The notes under the pieces were generated by a model. The model worked only from the letters and a program-made list of their open reading frames with translations, did not search any database and was not told where the DNA came from. From Bacteroidales bacterium (GTDB lineage: Bacteria; Bacteroidota; Bacteroidia; Bacteroidales; P3): a stretch of 64,000 nt of DNA. Shown here piece after piece: positions 54,345 through 61,425 of this stretch. The stretch lies in assembly GCA_017448185.1 (NCBI GenBank), contig JAFSLX010000049.1:1152-65151 (forward strand). The letters run 5' to 3'. Positions within the stretch are counted from its first letter, which is position 1; each line of letters opens with the position of its first letter. The translations under genes and the position numbers were made by a program.

Positions 54345-57300
54345 TCATTTAATAATCAATTTACGGACAACGGTATCACCGTTGTAGGAAATGCGGACAA
54401 AATAAGTTCCGGAAAGTAAAGTGCCAACTTCAATAGTGTTATGTCCATCGACAATCTTCTGGATCAGAACCGTACGGCCAGTAATATCGGTGACAGTCAC
54501 ATTAGCCTGTTCCACACCGACGAGGGTCACCTTGTCAGTTGCAGGGTTGGGGTAAAGGACCAAACTACCGCCGTCCACATCGTCAATGCCGGTATTCTGA
54601 GCGAAGGTGGCAATGTAAGTGGCATCGGCATTCACTGTGACGGTGCGTGTTGCATTGGTGTTGCCGTCCTGCCACTGCACAAAGTGGTAGCCACTGTATG
54701 GCAGCGCCTTGATGGTGGCAGTGCTGCCAGCGGCATAAGTGCCACTACCTGTAGTATTGCCCCAGTTGTCGTTGTTCGACAGCACAGTAAGGGTGTATTG
54801 CGAAGGCTGCGGAGCACCGGTCGAGATTTCCACATCGTCAATCACAAGATAGAACATATCGGTGGTATTGTGGTGACGGAAAGCCAAATAAACAGTTTGA
54901 CCAGCATAGGCCGAAAGATCGACACTCTGCTGCACCCAGTTGTTTGTAGTGGTACCGTTATAGATGGCTGTGGTAAAGTTGGATATATCTCTGCCGGTAG
55001 TAGAGATATAAACACTGTAGTTCTCAGCATAATCGTTGGCATCCCGACCCATGGCATACCACTTTAAGTGCATCTGCTGGTTGGCGGGCAATGCAAATCC
55101 AGGCGTAAAGAGCCAGTTGTCTGGAGTCAGTGGACCATATTCACTATCCCATGAAGCAGAACCAATAGCGCTGAGGCTAGAGTAGCCCAAGTTGCTGCTT
55201 CCGTCGCTGAAATATATCCATGAGAACCCGTCGCCATCGGCATCATTCAATAACCAGCAATCAAGGGTATTGATATCTTCGAAATCTTCCACATAAGGGA
55301 ATGTGCTGATGATGCATTCGTCCTGAGGATTGGAATCAGCTTCGAAGTTTGCGATATAGGTAGCATTGCCTGTGACTATGACAGTACGCGTAGCGTTGGT
55401 GTTGCCGTCGTTCCACTGCGTGAAATGGTAGCCGCTATTGGCCGTGGCACTGATGGTCACACTGGTACCAGCATTGTAGGTGCCACCACCACTGACAGAT
55501 CCCATCGTCGGATTGGCGCTCTGCACGGTGATAGTATACTGGGCAGGAGCGTCAGCCTCAAAGCTTGCAATGTAGGTAGCGTTGCCAGTGACGGTAATAG
55601 TACGCGTGGCATTAGTATTTCCGTCGTTCCACTGCGTGAAGTGATAGCCACTATTAGCCGTGGCGCTGATTGTTACATTAGTTCCTGTATTGTAGGTACC
55701 GCCACCGCTGACAGTTCCCATCGTCGGATTGGCACTCTGCACGGTGATGGTATATTGGTCGGGAGCATTAATCTCAAAATTGGCGATATAGGTGGCATCA
55801 GCAGTAACGGTAATGGTACGTGTAGCGTTGGTGTTGCCATCGTTCCACTGAGTGAAGTGGTAACCATTGGCAGGTGTGGCTGTCAATGTAACCGTTGTTC
55901 CTTCGTTGTAGGTACCGCCGCCCGTCACAGTACCCCATGCGGCATTGTTCGAGGTGGCCGTAATAGTGTATTGCGTAGGGGGAGTGTTCGGTGTGATAGT
56001 AATATCGTCGAGGAAAAATGCATACATATCATCACTGATGTAGCGGAACGCGACATTCACGGTATCGCCAGCCGCCACGGTAAAGGTGGCCGTGCGCGTA
56101 ACAAACGAGGTAGACGAAAGTGTCTCGTTGAATATCATGCTGTCCATTCCTGCATAAACCTGATAAGTCTCTGGGTACGAGCCACTGTAGGCTTTTGCCT
56201 TCCAAGTGATGGTATATGTGCCGGGGGTCACAATGCCAGGCAAAATCAATATATCGTCTGCATTCACTGCATACATGATGAATATTGCTCTTGAGTAATT
56301 GGTACCGAAACTGTCTATCAAGCCCCATGACTCACCATCCTGATTAAAGTCCAATACCCTCAGACAACCATAAGTCGTTGTATCGTCAAAATTCTCGATA
56401 TAGGGGAATGAAGTGATAAAGCACTCCGGCAATGCGTCTTCTTCAAAATAGGCAGTGTACATGGCATCGGCCGTGACTGTGACGGTACGTATAGCATTGG
56501 TATTGCCATCGTTCCATGCCGAAAAATGATAGCCATCGTTAGCCGTAGCAGTGATAGTTACATTCGTGCCAGCAAGATAGGTCCCACCTCCAGACACCGT
56601 TCCCATTGTCGGGTCGGCACTTTGAACAAGAATAATATACTGTTCGGTCTGAGTTGTATCAGTTGAATGACGGTTAATTACGATGTCGTCGATAAATAGT
56701 GCATACTCGTCATCACTAATATAACGGAAGATGAGATACGATGTGTCACCGGGAGCAACAGCGAAAGTAGCTTGACGGCTTACAAAGTCTGTACTACTCA
56801 AGGTCTCGCTGAAGATAAGTGTATTGCCGGCATAGACTTGATATGTTTCAGGCCAACTTTCACTCATAGCTTTCGCCTGCCAGCTGACAGTGAACGAATC
56901 AGCCACAGTGATATACGGCGAAATCAAGTAATCGTCTGACTCTTCAGCATACCATATTGCCGCACACCCCGAACCGTTCACTCCGCGACCGGAATACAAG
57001 TCGTAATCCCAAGACTGATTGTCGGCATTGGCATCATATATGCTCCAACAGTCGCGCAACCCATCAAAATTCATAACATAAGGGAATCTGGTGATGACGC
57101 AGCTACTTACATCCACCGCAGGACTATTGCCCGGCATCACGCCAAACAAAGCAGATTGATACAAATTGTAGGTTCCCGAAGTGTTTCCACCCGTTCCTCC
57201 GGTGGAAGGAGCCAAATTCGAGAGTGAATAATAGCCATCGCAATAGCCGTTCCAACCCCAGTTAAAATGGAATTGTGTTTCAGCAGTATTGTAACCGTCG

Positions 57301-58295
57301 CAGATAAAAGCATGTCCACCCGATGTGTCTTGGCCGCGGTAAAGTACCGGTCGGTTGGCATCCAATTCAGCTTTAACCAAAGCCTTCCATTGGACATCGT
57401 TATAATCATCGCGGTCTTCGTTGTGCAGGTTTTCATTATAGCCAAAATAACGCATCAATGCCGATTCAACAGAGGGGTAGTTTAAATCCCAGCGCGACAG
57501 ATAGGCCGAGCTGCCTCCGACACCATAGTCCATCTCGATGGCCACTCCACAATGGTACATCAACGTGGCGACAGCGTTTCTCTGCACTGTCGACGAAGTA
57601 GCGGTCAACTGTGTCGGCATGTTGCTCCACGCGTATACAGTAGCACCAAAATTCGCACTCAAAGTACCATAGTCGTCTTCCACATAGCTATACGAGCCCC
57701 AACCATGAGTAGGGAACGACCAGTATTTCATTACCTGTGCCATAGCAGTGGCAGCACATCCAGTCACAGCACGTTCATGGTATTGCGCATCATAAGGACA
57801 TAAATCATTGTAGTAGGGTGATTGCGACCACTGGGTGGTGACCAACGGTGCCACCGCAGTAAGTGGTACCGGATTATCGCTCTCTGGTGCAGTGGCATAC
57901 GCTTTCCACTGTTCCGACACCTCGTCGGAGGGTTCCTCCAACACCTCGTTCCACTGCGAAATCTGATACTGGTAAATACCCAACCAATAACGTACATTGG
58001 CATTGTCGCCCAGTTCAAAACGGTTGTTGTACGAATATGCAAGAATCGGCTGCACATGGTCATCAGCGGCAACGATAACAAAGCCGTCACCTTGGGTCGG
58101 AGCGAATACATAGAAAGCATCAAACCCGTCGGTTGCAACCCGATTCATTGGGGAAGCTTGCATTTTAACCCCCGCCTCGCGGTGGGCATTCCAGAAATTT
58201 GTTGCCACACGGGCGGCAGTAGCTTGATCAACAGGCTTGGCCATGGCCGACAGCCCGAACAGCATCATTGCAAAAACCAGTAGAGTCTTCTTCAT
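54345..58295 (-). CDS. C10-family cysteine peptidase with choice-of-anchor-J-like and Listeria-Bacteroides repeat domains and T9SS C-terminal domain, paralog A
   Basis: VTGCAATAMAQVMKYW and GGHAFICDGYN..HFNWGWNG. More than five copies of GYHF(T/S)QWNDGNTNATRT. C-terminus LYPNPATDKVTL..LLSGTYFVRI. Confidence 0.88.
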   Translation of the reverse strand: MKKTLLVFAMMLFGLSAMAKPVDQATAARVATNFWNAHREAGVKMQASPMNRVATDGFDAFYVFAPTQGDGFVIVAADDHVQPILAYSYNNRFELGDNANVRYWLGIYQYQISQWNEVLEEPSDEVSEQWKAYATAPESDNPVPLTAVAPLVTTQWSQSPYYNDLCPYDAQYHERAVTGCAATAMAQVMKYWSFPTHGWGSYSYVEDDYGTLSANFGATVYAWSNMPTQLTATSSTVQRNAVATLMYHCGVAIEMDYGVGGSSAYLSRWDLNYPSVESALMRYFGYNENLHNEDRDDYNDVQWKALVKAELDANRPVLYRGQDTSGGHAFICDGYNTAETQFHFNWGWNGYCDGYYSLSNLAPSTGGTGGNTSGTYNLYQSALFGVMPGNSPAVDVSSCVITRFPYVMNFDGLRDCWSIYDANADNQSWDYDLYSGRGVNGSGCAAIWYAEESDDYLISPYITVADSFTVSWQAKAMSESWPETYQVYAGNTLIFSETLSSTDFVSRQATFAVAPGDTSYLIFRYISDDEYALFIDDIVINRHSTDTTQTEQYIILVQSADPTMGTVSGGGTYLAGTNVTITATANDGYHFSAWNDGNTNAIRTVTVTADAMYTAYFEEDALPECFITSFPYIENFDDTTTYGCLRVLDFNQDGESWGLIDSFGTNYSRAIFIMYAVNADDILILPGIVTPGTYTITWKAKAYSGSYPETYQVYAGMDSMIFNETLSSTSFVTRTATFTVAAGDTVNVAFRYISDDMYAFFLDDITITPNTPPTQYTITATSNNAAWGTVTGGGTYNEGTTVTLTATPANGYHFTQWNDGNTNATRTITVTADATYIANFEINAPDQYTITVQSANPTMGTVSGGGTYNTGTNVTISATANSGYHFTQWNDGNTNATRTITVTGNATYIASFEADAPAQYTITVQSANPTMGSVSGGGTYNAGTSVTISATANSGYHFTQWNDGNTNATRTVIVTGNATYIANFEADSNPQDECIISTFPYVEDFEDINTLDCWLLNDADGDGFSWIYFSDGSSNLGYSSLSAIGSASWDSEYGPLTPDNWLFTPGFALPANQQMHLKWYAMGRDANDYAENYSVYISTTGRDISNFTTAIYNGTTTNNWVQQSVDLSAYAGQTVYLAFRHHNTTDMFYLVIDDVEISTGAPQPSQYTLTVLSNNDNWGNTTGSGTYAAGSTATIKALPYSGYHFVQWQDGNTNATRTVTVNADATYIATFAQNTGIDDVDGGSLVLYPNPATDKVTLVGVEQANVTVTDITGRTVLIQKIVDGHNTIEVGTLLSGTYFVRISYNGDTVVRKLIIK

Positions 58296-58372
58296 AATAT
58301 TTATTTTTAATTATTTAATTCACAACAATATATTATAAGCACCATGCTTTTGATGCATGGTGCAAATATAAG

Positions 58373-58380
58373 ATTTTTTT
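58373..58380 (-). promoter_or_regulatory. -7 promoter box TATATTTG for the C10 peptidase operon
   Basis: TAnnTTTG match 78 nt upstream of ATG 58295. It is preceded by the hairpin GCACCATGC..GCATGGTGC at 58339-58372. Confidence 0.5.
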
Positions 58381-58402
58381 AAATAAAAAGCAAATATTTT
58401 TG

Positions 58403-59197
58403 TCAGCTTCGTGGCAGGAAGGCCACTTCCGAACCTGCTATCAGGCCGAGAGCCATGGCTTTGGCCACACGCGCGGCGCTCTTGTTTACGATGCCGAGAC
58501 GACGCGAAAGGTCTTTCTGACGTTCCTGAATGGCCTTGTCGCTTTCGCCGAGGCGGTCGGAAATCTCACTGGCAGTGCAGCCTGCAGCCTCGAGCAGCAG
58601 CAAGCGGCGCTCGGTATCGCTGAGGGCAAAAGAGGGGTCGTGCAACCGCATCGCGTCGAAGTACCGCTCGGCAGCCTCCTTGATGGTGAGCATCACAGGA
58701 TAATTGAAGTAGCATTGCTCTCCCCGTTCAAGACAGGCGATAGCACGCAGAATATTCTCAATCGAAAAACCTCCCACGGCATTCTTGCTGACGAAAGCAT
58801 TGGCACCGAGCGAGAGAGCCTCCATCACCACGCGTCCAATGTCGAACACCCGACGTTCGCGGTGCTGCTCACCTGGCAGCGGATTGTCGAAGCGACCCGA
58901 GAAAATGATGATTTTCACTTCGGGATAGCGCTCATGAACCCGCCGAGTAATCATCAGTCCTCCTGTGGGTTCCCCCTGGAATTCCATATCCACAAGCAGA
59001 TAGTCGGGCCGTTCCAAAGTCTCCAACGCCGCCATCAACGACGGTCCGTCGGCGAAGGTTTCCACCATCTCCACCCGGCGCATCTCAGTGCCGTCCACAT
59101 CGCCCGATTCCACCTCGGCGGCGCGCTCGTTCATCTCCATTTTGACGACCTTGCGTATCAGCGGCTCGTCGTCAACCATCATTACCCGTATATTCAT
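58403..59197 (-). CDS. LuxR/NarL-family response regulator (receiver domain with insertions)
   Basis: VMMVDDEP, phospho-acceptor context YLLVDMEF, IIIFSG, AFVSK. C-terminal HTH LSDTERRLLLLEAAGCTASEISDRLGESDKAIQERQKDLSRRLG. Confidence 0.85.
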   Translation of the reverse strand: MNIRVMMVDDEPLIRKVVKMEMNERAAEVESGDVDGTEMRRVEMVETFADGPSLMAALETLERPDYLLVDMEFQGEPTGGLMITRRVHERYPEVKIIIFSGRFDNPLPGEQHRERRVFDIGRVVMEALSLGANAFVSKNAVGGFSIENILRAIACLERGEQCYFNYPVMLTIKEAAERYFDAMRLHDPSFALSDTERRLLLLEAAGCTASEISDRLGESDKAIQERQKDLSRRLGIVNKSAARVAKAMALGLIAGSEVAFLPRS

Positions 59198-59216
59198 TTT
59201 CTCTTTTTTTTATTTT

Positions 59217-61187
59217 TCATTTTCCTGCAGCCAGTCGCACATGCATGGCGGTCCCCTCGCCCTGACGGCTTTCGACCCATATCTTGCATCCACGGCGTGT
59301 ATTGTCATCGTGACGCTTCACGATGTAGCGGCACAGTATCAATCCGAACCCGTGCTCCCCTCCCTCGGGCACTTCGCGGTCGGCCCTGAACAGGCTGTCA
59401 CACTGCTCGTCAGTCATTCCGCTACCGGTATCGGCCACCGTGATGTCTACAAACCGTTCTCCACTCTCCGACTTCCACTCTGCACTTTTCACCGTCACCG
59501 AGCCTTTGCCCGTGTGCTGCAAAGCATTGTTGACCAGATTACGCAGCAAGATGATGACCAACAGCCGGTCGGCCCAAAGCTGCAAATCGCTGGATTCGAA
59601 CCGCAACTCGACATCGGCCAACGGCCTCACCACCTGATGCCGCACATCCTCCATCACCTCGTTCACCTCAAAGTTCGACGGATTGAAAGCCAAACCAGTA
59701 GGTATCGACAAGCGGGTCCAGTTCTTGATATTGTCGAAGGTGCGCAGCAACTGCTCAAGAACCTCGTTGCGCAGGTCGGGCGGCAGATTGGGATTGCGCA
59801 GATATCCGATAAAGGGACTAATGTCGTGCCGCATCACACTCAGGCAGGTCTCCACATTGGCTATACGCTCCACGTCGCGGCGCTTGGCCTCTTCAAGCTG
59901 GCGTTTCTCACGACGCAATCGTTTGACACTGAACAGCAGAAGCACTGTCAACACCATCAGTGCCACCAGTAGCAAGCTTACCACTATCGCCGTGCTGGTC
60001 ATCCACCGGCTGCGACGGTTGAGGGTGTCGAGGTGCTGCTGCAAAGCGAAGTCCTCCTGCTCATTCTTTTTGATGTAGTCCTGCAGCTCGACATAGTGAT
60101 CATACCAGCGGCGCGCCTCGTCGGCACTGCTGGCCACACGGCTGCGAATCAGCACGTCGAAAAGGCCCACTTCCATCTTGGGGGCGCTGAAAGGTTTCCA
60201 GGTGCCTCGCATCTCTAACCATTCGCGCAAAACACTGTGGGCCATGGCCGTATCACCTATCAAAAGGGCATAGCGTGCCGTCGAGGTGACACCGCCAAGC
60301 ATCTGATAAGGGTCGCCATAGTCGAAGAAAACCCGCCGTGCCTCGTCGTAGAGCGCCAGCACTGTGTCGGGTGAGGCCTCTCCTGGCAAACTCCGCAGGG
60401 CGTACGCCTCCATCTGGAGCGTATTGGCCAGATGGTACCGGTCGGGGTCCGAGAAATCGAGGATAGCATAGTTCTGGTCGCAGTATTCGAGGGCAGTGAT
60501 ACTCTCACCTGCACTCTGCCAGCCATAGGCAAGGGCATAGTTGAGGGCCATGTCCTGAGCATAGTCTACCTTCAAATTCGGACGGCGGTTCTCGACCTCG
60601 GTCAGTATGGTCCGCACATCGGCCTGTTTGCCGTCTCGGTAGTGGTAGTTGAGCGTGAGCATGGTGATGTAGTACTCAGTCTGGGCGTAATTATACAGCA
60701 GGTTGTTGCGGTTGTCCTCGAGCACACCCGACCGCCCGATGTCGTAGAGCAGGCGGTACGAGTCGGCAATTTGACAATTGCGCTGCAGCAGGCGGGCCTT
60801 GAGCAACCGCGCAATCATCCATTCTATCTCACCGTTCTCCGTCCTCTGCCCCCCGTTTTTCACTCGCTTCTCCACCTGACCGAGCATCACGTCGGCCTCG
60901 TGATAGTCGGACCGCTGATAGTAGGCAAACGCCATGTTGTTGTAGGCCCGCAGCGCACCGTCGACATACTCGGGCAACGAGTCGTTCACATAGTCAATCG
61001 CCTGCTGTGCATAGGCAATGCACAATCCGGGGTCTTTATAGCGGTTGACAAAAGCCTCCTTGTTCATTCCGTCGACCCGCGACCGCTTGAGGGGGTCGGG
61101 ACCGTCACCTTGGCGGCACCCAAAAAGCAGTAAAACTGCTAACAAAACACAATATGTTCGACTGTATTTCACGCTGCAAAGATACAC
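59217..61187 (-). CDS. sensor histidine kinase with N-terminal TPR-like sensor region
   Basis: H-box LSVMRHDISPF, N-box LRNLVNNALQHT, G-boxes VADTGSGM and GHGFGL. One TM segment, TAIVVSLLLVALMVLTVLLLF. The ORF-track start at 61187 is GTG and overlaps a promoter box, so the true start is probably downstream (for example GTG 61172). Confidence 0.85.
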   Translation of the reverse strand: MYLCSVKYSRTYCVLLAVLLLFGCRQGDGPDPLKRSRVDGMNKEAFVNRYKDPGLCIAYAQQAIDYVNDSLPEYVDGALRAYNNMAFAYYQRSDYHEADVMLGQVEKRVKNGGQRTENGEIEWMIARLLKARLLQRNCQIADSYRLLYDIGRSGVLEDNRNNLLYNYAQTEYYITMLTLNYHYRDGKQADVRTILTEVENRRPNLKVDYAQDMALNYALAYGWQSAGESITALEYCDQNYAILDFSDPDRYHLANTLQMEAYALRSLPGEASPDTVLALYDEARRVFFDYGDPYQMLGGVTSTARYALLIGDTAMAHSVLREWLEMRGTWKPFSAPKMEVGLFDVLIRSRVASSADEARRWYDHYVELQDYIKKNEQEDFALQQHLDTLNRRSRWMTSTAIVVSLLLVALMVLTVLLLFSVKRLRREKRQLEEAKRRDVERIANVETCLSVMRHDISPFIGYLRNPNLPPDLRNEVLEQLLRTFDNIKNWTRLSIPTGLAFNPSNFEVNEVMEDVRHQVVRPLADVELRFESSDLQLWADRLLVIILLRNLVNNALQHTGKGSVTVKSAEWKSESGERFVDITVADTGSGMTDEQCDSLFRADREVPEGGEHGFGLILCRYIVKRHDDNTRRGCKIWVESRQGEGTAMHVRLAAGK

Positions 61188-61269
61188 ATTTTTTCGAAAT
61201 TAGCGACTTAAAATCACCATTTTAAACAAAATCATACAAAATAAATTTGGTCAGTTCGGAAAAAGTGCG

Positions 61270-61277
61270 TATTTTTG
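61270..61277 (+). promoter_or_regulatory. -7 promoter box TATTTTTG for tRNA-Cys
   Basis: TAnnTTTG match 23 nt upstream of the tRNA 5' end. Confidence 0.6.
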
Positions 61278-61299
61278 CACTCGCTTTCAAAGGCAAAAA

Positions 61300-61370
61300 G
61301 GTCGTTTGGCCGAGGGGCTAGGCACAGGTCTGCAAAACCTGCTACTCCGGTTCAAATCCGGAAGCGACCT
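61300..61370 (+). tRNA. tRNA-Cys (anticodon GCA)
   Basis: Hand-folded: acceptor GGTCGTT/AGCGACC, anticodon stem CAGGT/ACCTG with loop CTGCAAA, T arm TCCGG-TTCAAAT-CCGGA, discriminator T. Confidence 0.88.
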
Positions 61371-61371
61371 C

Positions 61372-61407
61372 AAAAAAAAGAGGACTCTCGCGAGTCCTCT
61401 TTTTTTG
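61372..61407. terminator. bidirectional terminator (tRNA-Cys and the convergent giant surface-protein gene)
   Basis: An A-run, then the hairpin AGAGGACTC-tcgc-GAGTCCTCT, then a T-run. Confidence 0.8.
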
Positions 61408-61425
61408 TTGTCCTTAGACTACTTT

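Noticed and set aside
58403-59197. Response regulator considered as a pseudo-receiver because of its insertions
   Set aside because: The acidic pocket (DD), the phospho-acceptor Asp, and the conserved Ser and Lys are all present. It is therefore treated as functional but atypical.
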